From: a virus
Lineage: Duplodnaviria; Heunggongvirae; Uroviricota; Caudoviricetes
Length of the DNA: 64,000 bases
Virus record (IMG/VR): IMGVR_UViG_3300032334_002267
Span: 73,310-137,309 of that record
Direction: 5' to 3' (one strand)
The translations under genes were made by a program, and so were the position numbers. Numbering within the stretch: the stretch's first letter is position 1; each line of letters opens with the position of its first letter. The notes below the pieces were generated by a model. It worked only from the letters and a program-made list of their open reading frames with translations. It did no database searches and was not told the origin of the DNA. This document shows positions 1 to 9,438 of this stretch, piece after piece.

Positions 1-112
1 TAAGAACGCCATAGTTAAATACAGATTTTATTCAACCGCTGCAGAAACAACAAGAAACGTTTATGCAAGTCTGGTAGAAGAGATCTTAGGAGGATCACTA
101 TTTAGATCTTGC

Positions 113-634
113 GTGGGAACTTTAAATTCAAGATATAGCGACTACGAAACCTGGACAGTTACAAACACAAATAGAATACCTCTAAACTCTGTAAACTTCA
201 GAACTGGAGAAAATACCCTTAAATGTCACGTTCAAAGTAACGAAATGATGAGTGCAGTTTTCTTCTCTATCATCAAAAGAACATTCAGAAGAGCAAAGGG
301 AAAAAATATAAGCCAAAAAATGATTTGGCACGGAAACGATCCTCTAGTTAATGAGGTTAACGATCTTCTGGCAGATTATTTCTTTGAAGCTTCAGCAGGT
401 CTTGAACCCAGTGTTTTTATAGAAAGAGATCTTCAATCACACCCAGAAATAGTTAAAAACGCTAAAGCGCTTTTAATTAAACATCTACTTAAAAACGGAT
501 CAACAGATCTTAAAGGAAAAATAGCAGCAAATCCAAGATTGGAAGATCTGGTGGAATTCTCAACTTCACAAGAAGATATTGACGATCTATCAAGAAGATT
601 GATTAAGGCTGCTAAGCTACTCCAATTTATTTAA
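113..634 (+). CDS. hypothetical protein
   Basis: 173-aa ORF with no overlap; no recognisable motif. Confidence 0.4.
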   Translation: MGTLNSRYSDYETWTVTNTNRIPLNSVNFRTGENTLKCHVQSNEMMSAVFFSIIKRTFRRAKGKNISQKMIWHGNDPLVNEVNDLLADYFFEASAGLEPSVFIERDLQSHPEIVKNAKALLIKHLLKNGSTDLKGKIAANPRLEDLVEFSTSQEDIDDLSRRLIKAAKLLQFI

Positions 635-637
635 CAT

Positions 638-928
638 ATGGAAAACATTAAAGCATACGACCAAATAGAGGAAAGGAGAAGACAAGACGTCTGCTCGGGG
701 TGCGGGAAATCAATCGAGGACCCGGAAAAAGAATGTCCTAGCTGTGGTGCATTCCCTCATAAGGCATATCACGAAAGAGCAGCGGCTAGAACATTAGGAA
801 TTTCAAAATGGATCCAGAATGCTCCTGTTATGCAGCCAAATCAAAAGCTCACAGAATCTGGCGAAGACAAGGGAATTCTTAAATTCTCAGAATACTCAGG
901 AAAGGTCAAAAATCAAAGAGATATATAA
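638..928 (+). CDS. small zinc-ribbon protein (CxxC...CxxC)
   Basis: CSGCGK...CPSCG Cys pairs; starts 4 nt after the previous stop. Confidence 0.45.
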   Translation: MENIKAYDQIEERRRQDVCSGCGKSIEDPEKECPSCGAFPHKAYHERAAARTLGISKWIQNAPVMQPNQKLTESGEDKGILKFSEYSGKVKNQRDI

Positions 929-942
929 AAAAAAGATAAAAC

Positions 943-1575
943 ATGAAAAGAATATCAAAATTTACTGATTTCAGCTTAAATAATTTAGCTACCTCTGACG
1001 TAGAGATCGATTACACTTTGGACGAGTCTGAAGGTAAAGGTCTAAGTTCATTCGAACAAATCTGCTTAGAAGAAGGTATAGAATTTCAGGAAGATCAAAA
1101 TCTAAACGAGGAATACTTTGAAGGATCTTTAGATGAAATAGATCGTTTGGACGAGGGTAAATTTAAAGAATTTCTTAAAAAAGTTGGTAACAAAGCTTTA
1201 GGGTTTGCTAAAAACAATTTCGGAACCATAGTTAAAACATTAGGTCTAAGTCTAGCTGGTCCTCTTGGACCTATAGCAGGATTGCTAACTCAAGGTATAG
1301 GTGGAATTCTAAGTAAAATTAAACTTAAACCAGGAGAGGGAATTGATAAGACTCAGCTTTCTTCTGCGGTTTCAGAAAACCCAGATCTTCAAAAAGTAGG
1401 AAACGTTTGGACTAAGACGTTACAAAAACTTCTAGACGATTCTAAGAAGAATCCTGCAACTTTCATGACGGGAGACGCTTCAACTTCCATTAAGAATTTG
1501 GCTGCAATTGCTACCGCAGCAAACCAAACAATTAAATCAGTTTCTAAAGAAGCTAAGTCTACTTCAAAAGCTTAA
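943..1575 (+). CDS. hypothetical protein; N-terminal MKRISKFTDF family motif
   Basis: 210-aa ORF followed by a hairpin terminator. Confidence 0.5.
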   Translation: MKRISKFTDFSLNNLATSDVEIDYTLDESEGKGLSSFEQICLEEGIEFQEDQNLNEEYFEGSLDEIDRLDEGKFKEFLKKVGNKALGFAKNNFGTIVKTLGLSLAGPLGPIAGLLTQGIGGILSKIKLKPGEGIDKTQLSSAVSENPDLQKVGNVWTKTLQKLLDDSKKNPATFMTGDASTSIKNLAAIATAANQTIKSVSKEAKSTSKA

Positions 1576-1602
1576 TCTACAGAAATATCCATAATTTAAA
1601 AT

Positions 1603-1627
1603 TCCAGCTAATTGCTGGAATTTTTTT
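1603..1627. terminator. bidirectional rho-independent terminator between convergent genes
   Basis: TTCCAGC-TAAT-GCTGGAA stem followed by T7; A-run on the other side. Confidence 0.6.
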
Positions 1628-2159
1628 ATGTCCTTAGCTTCCCTGAGATTTTTTTCTTAACATCATATATGTGCCATTTTGAGGTGCCCTCTGAAATCCC
1701 CAAGGAGTCACCAATCTCTTTATGTGTATATCCGTCGAGGAAAAGGTTAAAAGCTTTTCTTTGGACCTCACTCACCTTTTCAAGGGATTTATGGAGCATG
1801 TTCAAAACATCTTTAGATTCAGGAACTTGTGATTCATCAGGTGCATCATACGTCTCAGGGATAGAAACAATGTTGATTTTTTCTCTTCTTTTTATTTTGC
1901 TTCTTAGATGATCATAAGCAGTTCTTTTTGCTATAACTGATATCCATCCATCAAATCGGCCTTTACCGCTGTAGAGATCTATTTTTATAAAGGCTTTAGT
2001 AAATGCTATGTTTACTATCTCTTCCCTGTCCTCTTTTGATTCAATATATTTTCTCAAGTAGGCCATGATCTTGGGCTTGAGAGTTTCGTAAACCTCTCTC
2101 TGGGATTTAGGATCTTTAATCATGCACCCCAATATTAGCTCCTGTGATATTTCTTTCAT
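1626..2159 (-). CDS. ECF-type sigma-70 family RNA polymerase sigma factor
   Basis: Region-2-like FTKAF..DGWISVIAKRTAYDHLR and region-4 HTH GYTHKEIGDSLGISEGTSKWHIYDVKKKI. Confidence 0.75.
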   Translation of the reverse strand: MKEISQELILGCMIKDPKSQREVYETLKPKIMAYLRKYIESKEDREEIVNIAFTKAFIKIDLYSGKGRFDGWISVIAKRTAYDHLRSKIKRREKINIVSIPETYDAPDESQVPESKDVLNMLHKSLEKVSEVQRKAFNLFLDGYTHKEIGDSLGISEGTSKWHIYDVKKKISGKLRT

Positions 2160-2295
2160 ATAAATCTAAAAAGAAACAAATATAAAGCAGAATCCCGGAA
2201 TAGCATCGAAAATCTGGGAATTTTTTAGTGGGTATATAATAAAATAGATGAAGATCGGAATTAATTTGGTTAGCATTTATAGCACTTAATAAGAC

Positions 2296-2994
2296 ATGAC
2301 TAATATAAGGGTAGCAGGAATGATGAGATTAGCTGAAGTAGATCAGCTAAAATTGGGTAAGGAATTAATGAAGCTGTCAATTTCACTCTTAGCAGAAAAA
2401 GTATCTGCAATCTATTTTTTACAAATAGGTGAGGTTGATAGTGACGTGATAGATCATATAATATCTTTAAAAATACCATCAAAAATAACCAGGTCAACTG
2501 AGGATTACCTTAGCGGGTGGATGTTCAGAAACAACGAATCTCTTGACGCTCTCTATAAGACAATAGATGAGGATTTTGATTGGGTTTTATATCCCGATGC
2601 AGACGATCTGTTGCCTGAAAATATCTTAGAGATACTCGGAGAAGCAGACTCGTCCGGGGCTGATACCGTTAGGATGTATTTTATAGAATGCTTTGGGTCC
2701 ATAGATAAAGTAATAGAAATTAAGACAGGATATCCGATAGGTCCTCACTTTAAGGCAGTCAAACTTAGGAAAGATATAGGTTTTATCGGGTCCGATGGAT
2801 TTAATGAGGCAAGATGCGATGCAGGCTTAGTTAGATTCGAAACTAATTACTGCATGAGACATTTAAGATATGCAAATCCTAGTGGTATAGAGGAAAGAAA
2901 AAGGATGAACTATTTCCAAGAATACTTCTTGGAAGATCACAATTTGTTAGATTATATCCCAGGAAAGGAATTTAATTATTATAGGAGAGACTAA
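2296..2994 (+). CDS. hypothetical protein
   Basis: 232-aa ORF upstream of a glycosyltransferase-like gene. Confidence 0.45.
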   Translation: MTNIRVAGMMRLAEVDQLKLGKELMKLSISLLAEKVSAIYFLQIGEVDSDVIDHIISLKIPSKITRSTEDYLSGWMFRNNESLDALYKTIDEDFDWVLYPDADDLLPENILEILGEADSSGADTVRMYFIECFGSIDKVIEIKTGYPIGPHFKAVKLRKDIGFIGSDGFNEARCDAGLVRFETNYCMRHLRYANPSGIEERKRMNYFQEYFLEDHNLLDYIPGKEFNYYRRD

Positions 2995-2999
2995 AATAT

Positions 3000-3791
3000 A
3001 TGAAAAAAGTAAGCTTTGTTTGCACAACATACAGAAGATTCACATGCGTAGAGAGAATAGTTGCTCAGTATCACGCACAAACTTATTCGAATAAGGAGTT
3101 AATTATATTTAACACTGATGTTGATTTTCCATATTCATTAGGATTTGAGGACTCCTCAATTATAGTGGTTAATAATGGTACAGATTATCAAACGGGTAAA
3201 CCGTACGAGAACAGAGGACAGATATGCAGAGATGCTGTTACCCATGCGACTGGAGATTACTTTATGCTAGCAGATGATGATGACATATATCTTCCTTGGC
3301 ATATTCAGCAAGCTGTCGATGGTATACTCTCAAATGGCAAAGATGCTTGGAAACCTGCAGCTAGCTTTTTTGCAGCTCCTGGAAAGATTGAGATGTGTCA
3401 GAATACTTTAGAGGCTTCGGTTATAGTTAAGATGGAAAGAATCAGAGAGATAGGATTTAGATCTGATTTAACAGGGTACGAAGGTCTGAGCTGGTACACA
3501 AAACTTAGAGACGAGGGAAATCTAGATGAACATAATAGGGACTATGTTCCATCATACTGTTTCAATTGGAGCGATCCCCACGAGGTTGCTGGGCATAAAC
3601 AATCAGGAGACATCAACAATCCAAGCAATTTTGAAAATCATAAAAGAGCATCCACGGACTACGCTAAAAGGCCACTGGAGTTAGGGTTTAACCTAGACAA
3701 CGTCTACAAACCTTACTACAACTACATTAGAGATAACGCTCAGCAATTCCCGTTAGAGTGCATCCATAAATACGCTTCAAAATACCTCTAG
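3000..3791 (+). CDS. glycosyltransferase-like protein (GT-A DxD motif)
   Basis: FMLADDDDIYLPWHI acidic DxD-type motif. Confidence 0.4.
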   Translation: MKKVSFVCTTYRRFTCVERIVAQYHAQTYSNKELIIFNTDVDFPYSLGFEDSSIIVVNNGTDYQTGKPYENRGQICRDAVTHATGDYFMLADDDDIYLPWHIQQAVDGILSNGKDAWKPAASFFAAPGKIEMCQNTLEASVIVKMERIREIGFRSDLTGYEGLSWYTKLRDEGNLDEHNRDYVPSYCFNWSDPHEVAGHKQSGDINNPSNFENHKRASTDYAKRPLELGFNLDNVYKPYYNYIRDNAQQFPLECIHKYASKYL

Positions 3792-3812
3792 TTTTATTTT
3801 TTTATTCCGAAT

Positions 3813-4442
3813 GTGTTTTCTACATTTGGGGTTATGGTGAATAATTTCGATAACATAAGATCTCTTCTTAAATTTCCCAATGAGAACTCGTTCTACTTTC
3901 TCCAGATTTTAAAAAGGAGGAAGGATAATCCAGATCTGGGTAAGGACATGGTTCATATTGCAGATTACTACATTTATAGTCTTGAACAATTTGATGGACT
4001 AAAGCAAAGGATTATAGATCAATGTAACTCTGAGAACGCAAGAGCTTACTTTAGATTGAACGTTAGAGATGCTAGGAAGGTAGCTATGCAGGTTTTGAAG
4101 AGAACTGTGGACTATATCGTGTCAGAGAATTATCGAGCTGTAAAGAACGCATTTGCGTCTTGTACTGGTGAATATCACTCAGATCCAGATAAGACCTGGA
4201 TAGTTGATGTGGATTGGAAAGATGTCCCACAAGGAAAGGACCCCGATTTATACCTCAACAAGATCATAGCTAAAATACAAGAGCTTGTTTTTGAAACCGG
4301 AAAGGACGATACCATTTACACGTTAGTAACAAAAAACGGAATTCATGTAATAAGCAGGCCTTTTAATCTTAAAAAATTCAGAGAGGTTTATCCTCAGATT
4401 GACGTACATAAAGATAACCCAACAATTTTATATTGCCCTTAA
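3813..4442 (+). CDS. hypothetical protein
   Basis: 209-aa ORF; its stop overlaps the helicase start (TAATG). Confidence 0.45.
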   Translation: MFSTFGVMVNNFDNIRSLLKFPNENSFYFLQILKRRKDNPDLGKDMVHIADYYIYSLEQFDGLKQRIIDQCNSENARAYFRLNVRDARKVAMQVLKRTVDYIVSENYRAVKNAFASCTGEYHSDPDKTWIVDVDWKDVPQGKDPDLYLNKIIAKIQELVFETGKDDTIYTLVTKNGIHVISRPFNLKKFREVYPQIDVHKDNPTILYCP

Positions 4443-5890
4443 TGAGTAAAGCTAAAAAGAAGAAACCCATAATAGACTTAGAGTCACTTAACTCTGATCA
4501 GAGGAAAGCCTTTGATGAGTTAGTGGGATTTGTTTGTGATCCATTAGATGATAGCGTTTACGTTCTCAAAGGTTGGGCAGGAACAGGTAAAACCTACTGT
4601 GTAAGCGTTTTAGTTAGATATGTTCTAGATTCTATCCATCCCACACATAATTGGTACAAAATAGCAGTTACTGGACCGACTAATAAATCAGTAAGAGTGA
4701 TTAAGAAAACTAGTGGTCTTAAGAACGGCAGGGTTACATTCCAAACAATACACAAATTGCTAGGGTTAACAGAGAAGATCACCAGCGATGGAAAGCAGGA
4801 ATTTGTGAATCAAGGGGACTTCAAACCTCAGATCAATTCAATCAAGCTTCTCATTATAGATGAGGTGTCAATGTTAAATGATGACCTTTTTCACGAGATC
4901 CTAAAATATAGGGGAAAGATCAAGATCATCTGCATGGGTGATCCAGCACAAATACCTCCTGTCGGAAGACCTGATTGCATTCCATTTAGGGAGGAATTAG
5001 CCTCAGCATACAGAATCAAGACACTCGATCTTAAACGGATCATGAGACAGAAGGAGGGTAATGCTATCATAGAATCCTCTGTTGCTATCCGATCTGATTT
5101 GGGAGGATCTAAAAATCCGGTTGAACCTGTTACTAAACTAAATCCTAATGGCGAAGGCATAGAATTTTTGAATCTTAATGATCCGGAGATAAGAAGAGGA
5201 TTTTCAGAAAGACTGAAGGAGTATTTCGTGACCGAGGATTTCAAAAAAGATTCAGAGTACGCCAAGATCATTGCATGGAGAAATAAAACTGTTGCAACAA
5301 TGAATGACGTTATCCGTAGAGTTATCTACGGAGACGAGGCTTTGGGCTCTAAGATATTGGTTGGCGAGAAGCTAATTGCTAACAGTCCGATTATTCAAGG
5401 CGAGACCGTAGTTCTGAACACCAACGAGGAGTTTACAGTGGAAAGCTTTACAATCAAGAGCGACGATCTACGCTATCAGGTGTCAGATCACCCCGACGCA
5501 GATCCTTTAGCAGTAACTCTCAAATACTACGACGCAGTAGTTTCGTATATAGATGACGAAGACGATAAGATAAAGATTAACATAGAGATCCTTCATGAAG
5601 ATAGCGAGGGAGAATTTAAGAAGTTAGCAAACATTTTTAAACTAAGAGCTATCGAGAAGAAAGGCAAGAATAAAAGTTGGATCATATACTACAATTTCCT
5701 TAGAAAATATGCTGATGTGAATTATGGTTATTGCATAACCGCCCACAAATCGCAAGGAAGTACATATAACACAACATTTGTACTTGAAGATGATATCGAC
5801 ATGAATTGGGATATCGTTGAGAGAAATCGAATTAAGTACACTGCATACACTAGAGCAAGTAGAAAAGTATATGTTCTAAAAAGGTTTTAA
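4442..5890 (+). CDS. Dda/RecD-like SF1B DNA helicase
   Basis: Walker A GWAGTGKT, Walker B LLIIDEVSM, C-terminal AYTRASRKVYVL; ATG at 4442 preferred over the TTG at 4433. Confidence 0.8.
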   Translation: MSKAKKKKPIIDLESLNSDQRKAFDELVGFVCDPLDDSVYVLKGWAGTGKTYCVSVLVRYVLDSIHPTHNWYKIAVTGPTNKSVRVIKKTSGLKNGRVTFQTIHKLLGLTEKITSDGKQEFVNQGDFKPQINSIKLLIIDEVSMLNDDLFHEILKYRGKIKIICMGDPAQIPPVGRPDCIPFREELASAYRIKTLDLKRIMRQKEGNAIIESSVAIRSDLGGSKNPVEPVTKLNPNGEGIEFLNLNDPEIRRGFSERLKEYFVTEDFKKDSEYAKIIAWRNKTVATMNDVIRRVIYGDEALGSKILVGEKLIANSPIIQGETVVLNTNEEFTVESFTIKSDDLRYQVSDHPDADPLAVTLKYYDAVVSYIDDEDDKIKINIEILHEDSEGEFKKLANIFKLRAIEKKGKNKSWIIYYNFLRKYADVNYGYCITAHKSQGSTYNTTFVLEDDIDMNWDIVERNRIKYTAYTRASRKVYVLKRF

Positions 5891-5945
5891 TTTTGAAACA
5901 TTCAACTCCAAATAAGTATAAAAATCGGATAAAATATTTTTTATT

Positions 5946-6188
5946 ATGATATGCCCAGCATGTAAAGAACAAGGATCAAAATCTCAAGTACAAACTGAAG
6001 GTGTTATGACAACACTTATGGGGTATGCAACGTACTACGATGAAGAAGGTAGACAACATCACCACGATGATAATTCAAGAACAACGATAGGAGAGTGTAG
6101 TAATGGCCACGTTTTTTCTTATAGATATGAGAATAGCTGTTGGTGTGGATGGGTAGGTAAAACCGAAGAATATAAGATTATAAAATAG
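5946..6188 (+). CDS. small zinc-ribbon protein
   Basis: MICPACKEQG...CWCGW. Confidence 0.4.
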   Translation: MICPACKEQGSKSQVQTEGVMTTLMGYATYYDEEGRQHHHDDNSRTTIGECSNGHVFSYRYENSCWCGWVGKTEEYKIIK

Positions 6189-6279
6189 TCAGGTGGCGCA
6201 ATGGTAGCGTGTTGGTGAGTAATCCGCTTACGGCGGAACCAAAAGACAAAGGTCACAGGTTCGAATCCTGTCCTGACTA
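6187..6279 (+). tRNA. tRNA-like gene, 93 nt, non-canonical
   Basis: Acceptor AGTCAGG/CCTGACT; D-stem GCGC/GCGT; T-arm ACAGG-TTCGAAT-CCTGT; candidate anticodon arm TCCG-CTTACGG-CGGA (UAC, Val) but the D region is about 8 nt too long. Confidence 0.45.
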
Positions 6280-6378
6280 CAAAAAGTTCTTTGAATAATA
6301 CTAAAAACAGACCCACGCTTCCCATCTAGAAGGATAATGAGAAGAATAATACGTCTTTTAAGGTCTGTTTTTAAAAAT

Positions 6379-6493
6379 AGTCAGGTGGCGGAAGGGTAGA
6401 CGCAACAAGTAAGCTAACGAAGTAATTCGTGAGGCCATTAATTCCGAGATGTAAGAGAAGTACATCGTACCCGTTCGAATCGGGTCCTGACTA
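6379..6493 (+). tRNA. tRNA-like gene, 115 nt, with about 40 nt of extra internal sequence
   Basis: Same acceptor AGTCAGG/CCTGACT; T-arm ACCCG-TTCGAAT-CGGGT; internal ACGAA-GTAA-TTCGT tetraloop hairpin. Confidence 0.4.
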
Positions 6494-6710
6494 CAATGAG
6501 TAAGAGGTACTCAGAGTCTTTAATCCAAGACTTAAACAATGGGTAGGGTATTGGACTGGACATCCTTAAACGCCAGTCTCTTTGGGTTAAAGCTAGGTAA
6601 CAGAGGCTCCAAGTAGTTTGACTAATTTTAAGAGGATAAGACCCACAGGTTTATTGAAAGAAAGAAAACCGATATATCTACTCACCAGTAATCTCAAGGT
6701 GGGGTAACAT

Positions 6711-6817
6711 AGTCAGGTGGCGGAGTGGCTTAACGCTGAGCATACATAAAGTCCTTGGGTGTGGTATGTATGATACCCATACACGAGGGCTCACAGGTTC
6801 GAATCCTGTCCTGGCTA
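6711..6817 (+). tRNA. tRNA-like gene, 107 nt, with an internal extended hairpin
   Basis: Acceptor AGTCAGG/CCTGGCT (one GU pair); T-arm ACAGG-TTCGAAT-CCTGT; internal CATACAT...ATGTATG stem. Confidence 0.4.
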
Positions 6818-6887
6818 CTGACAATAACAACTCTGGGGTCAGGGTTTTGTTGCACCGAAAGGTGGTGTTTTCAACGGTTCGAGTCCG

Positions 6888-6984
6888 AGTCAGGTGGGCG
6901 TAATGAGGGGATGGTTCCCGAATCCAGTTAAATGGTTGCTTAATCCGTCTTGAACGGTACTCGGTTCGAATCCGACCCTGACTA
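6888..6984 (+). tRNA. tRNA-like gene, 97 nt
   Basis: Acceptor AGTCAGG/CCTGACT; T-arm TCGG-TTCGAAT-CCGA. Confidence 0.4.
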
Positions 6985-7349
6985 CTAAAAATATTATCCG
7001 ATATTATTTTTTTTTATTCGAAGTATGTTCATATATTTGCAACTCAAAAGTATAAAAGTAATTAGATTCTTTATAAAGCTGGGTAACATACTTACTTATG
7101 TGATATTGTGAAAATGTGGGTTCAATTCCCATCTCAGCTGCTAAAACTAAATATTATGAATAAATCAAAGAGCATATTGTCTATCATTTTATTAGGTTTA
7201 CAAGACAAGCTTATCGAGGCCAGCGAGATTCGACGCTATGAAAATGCAATATTAAACATTAAAGCAGCTTCAATCGCAATTGCTATTAGCGTGGGTTTGT
7301 TCATAATACTGATTTAACACTTACTAAAGAACGATAAAAAAAATAAACT

Positions 7350-7634
7350 ATGAGTTACATTAGCGTTGATATCGATATAGACGATATTATTTCCGACATG
7401 GGAAGATACGACAGGAAAGAATTTTTTAAATCTATGCAAGAGTCCGGGTATATTTCCAAGAGCTGCTTCATCACGGACGATGGAGAGGTTAAAGCATCTA
7501 AATTAGAAGAGAGAAGAACATTGGATGAAAGCAATGACGATTTCAATAAAGCTCTCCAAAAATTATTCGGAAACGGATGGAAGCTAACTAAAGAACAGGA
7601 GGAATATATTATAGAACTCTCTAAAAGATTTTAA
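7350..7634 (+). CDS. hypothetical protein
   Basis: 94-aa ORF. Confidence 0.4.
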   Translation: MSYISVDIDIDDIISDMGRYDRKEFFKSMQESGYISKSCFITDDGEVKASKLEERRTLDESNDDFNKALQKLFGNGWKLTKEQEEYIIELSKRF

Positions 7635-7646
7635 AACTAAATAGAT

Positions 7647-7841
7647 ATGGAAAATAAAGAAAAACTTAAAGATGTTACTGAGAAAATTCAAGATGAATGT
7701 CATAAGTTTACTGAATCTATATTAGCTACCTCCAGTGTTAGCTATCAAGATGCTACAAATACCTTTTTGTACATGAAACTTGCAGAACTCACAATAAAAC
7801 TTGATAGATATGAAAAACATACACTTAATACCAACAGATAA
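7647..7841 (+). CDS. hypothetical small protein
   Basis: 64-aa ORF; overlaps the next ORF. Confidence 0.3.
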   Translation: MENKEKLKDVTEKIQDECHKFTESILATSSVSYQDATNTFLYMKLAELTIKLDRYEKHTLNTNR

Positions 7842-8562
7842 ACCAAGTAGGTTATTTTTAAAAGAAACTACTCTTTTATTAAATAATCAATACACACTTC
7901 AAGAAGTGTTTCCTAAAGAGAAATGTCAAAACATCTACATCACTTCCGATGAAGAAGTTAAAGAAGGAGATTGGTATTGCAGTCCAAGTGGTATAATATC
8001 TAAACATAATGGAACTGAAATGTTACCTGATGATTGGAGGAAAATCATACTAACCACAGACGAAGACTTAATCGAAGATGGTGTACAAGCTATTGATGAT
8101 GACTTTCTTGAATGGTTTGTAAAGAATCCAAATTGTGGATACGTAGACCAAAGATTAATATGGGATGAAGAAAAACTAACTTCAATTTATAAAATCATTA
8201 TTCCTAAAAGAGGTATTACTATTACTCACGTTGGTAAACCTAAACAAGAAAGTAACTTTTATGCTGCTCTAAGTTTTGACTTTTCAGAAAAATTAAAACA
8301 ATATTTTGAGGAAACACCTATGGAAAAAGTATTGGAAGATTGGGCTAAGAGTGTGGAATATGATAATGTTGGTCCAACTGTTAATGAGTTTTTAGATAAT
8401 ACTAATAAACAAAAAATTCTTGACACATCAAAAGTTACAAGAGTAGAAGTAATACAACATTCCGAACCTTATAATGGTAGGGCATACACAAATTATAATG
8501 CTAAAGATGTTGAAATACAATTACAAGATGACAATAAAACACTTAAAATATTTTTAAAATGA
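7801..8562 (+). CDS. hypothetical protein
   Basis: 253-aa ORF. Confidence 0.45.
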   Translation: MIDMKNIHLIPTDKPSRLFLKETTLLLNNQYTLQEVFPKEKCQNIYITSDEEVKEGDWYCSPSGIISKHNGTEMLPDDWRKIILTTDEDLIEDGVQAIDDDFLEWFVKNPNCGYVDQRLIWDEEKLTSIYKIIIPKRGITITHVGKPKQESNFYAALSFDFSEKLKQYFEETPMEKVLEDWAKSVEYDNVGPTVNEFLDNTNKQKILDTSKVTRVEVIQHSEPYNGRAYTNYNAKDVEIQLQDDNKTLKIFLK

Positions 8563-8765
8563 AAAACAAACAGACAGCAGTAGAATGGTTAAGACAAGAA
8601 TTATGGGAGAAATTTAAGTTTTCATCTTCAGTAAATAATATATTTGAAAAAGCCAAAGAGATGGAAAAAGAACAAATAAACAAAGCTTGCTACGATGGCT
8701 ATTATCAGGAAGAGATGATGAATACAAAAGAGTATTACGATAAAACATACAATCAAGAAGTATGA
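8559..8765 (+). CDS. hypothetical small protein
   Basis: Its ATGA start overlaps the previous stop. Confidence 0.3.
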   Translation: MKNKQTAVEWLRQELWEKFKFSSSVNNIFEKAKEMEKEQINKACYDGYYQEEMMNTKEYYDKTYNQEV

Positions 8766-8953
8766 GTGTAAAGATACTACAGAAAGAAACAACCTTCGAG
8801 GTTGTCTATAAGGAAGAATCATACCAGGTTACAGTCTTGGAGGATAGCGTAAGTCTAGGCTATACAAACTACGACGTGTATGACATGGAGGGTGAAGAAG
8901 TTGACGGAGACTTAGAAACAGAAATTGTTAACTATCTAGAAGAAAACATATGA
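8762..8953 (+). CDS. hypothetical small acidic protein
   Basis: Its ATGA start overlaps the previous stop. Confidence 0.3.
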   Translation: MSVKILQKETTFEVVYKEESYQVTVLEDSVSLGYTNYDVYDMEGEEVDGDLETEIVNYLEENI

Positions 8954-9060
8954 GTTGGAAGTATATAAGAATCATAACGTATTTAGCAATAATTTTTATC
9001 ACCATTATTTTATGGTATAATATAATTAAAATTCTTTAAACCCACCTTAAATAAAATATC

Positions 9061-9387
9061 ATGAGTAAAAACGATTTTCAGTATAGTATTTCTTCTTTTG
9101 TTTGGAACGAATTGACAAGAACATTCAGTGCGGATGCATGGAGTCTTTATGACATAGATAGTAAATATCCATATCCATTTCCTAGTGACAAGAAGCAATT
9201 TTATATTGTTAACAAAAAAACTAAGGGATTTAGAAGGTTTACTTTTGTAAAGGAAATAGAATATCTCTATGATATACAAGAAGTAGATTCTCTAGAGAAC
9301 GATGCGGATTATTCTTTTAAGTGTGTGGATTGGTTATTCGAGAGTGAGGATGGTATAAGATGTTTGGTCCAAGTGACCGTTTCTTAA
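9061..9387 (+). CDS. hypothetical protein
   Basis: 108-aa ORF followed by a terminator; preferred over the overlapping low-complexity minus-strand ORF. Confidence 0.4.
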   Translation: MSKNDFQYSISSFVWNELTRTFSADAWSLYDIDSKYPYPFPSDKKQFYIVNKKTKGFRRFTFVKEIEYLYDIQEVDSLENDADYSFKCVDWLFESEDGIRCLVQVTVS

Positions 9388-9404
9388 TCTTACAAATAAA
9401 ACTA

Positions 9405-9438
9405 AAAACCCCAGATATTATCTGGGGTTTTTTTTATT
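9405..9438. terminator. bidirectional hairpin terminator
   Basis: AAAACCCCAGAT-ATTA-TCTGGGGTTTTTTTT. Confidence 0.6.

Noticed and set aside
7077-7140. 64-nt tRNA-like sequence (acceptor AGCTGGG/CTCAGCT, T-arm GTGGG-TTCAATT-CCCAT, anticodon loop CTTACTT) lacking a D-arm
   Set aside because: A D-armless tRNA would be exceptional in a phage or bacterium and position 37 is U. It is probably a fortuitous or degenerate fragment, and is retained only as a note.
9010-9279. Minus-strand 89-aa ORF overlapping 9061-9387(+)
   Set aside because: Its translation is low-complexity and hydrophobic. The plus-strand ORF is protein-like and ends at a strong terminator.
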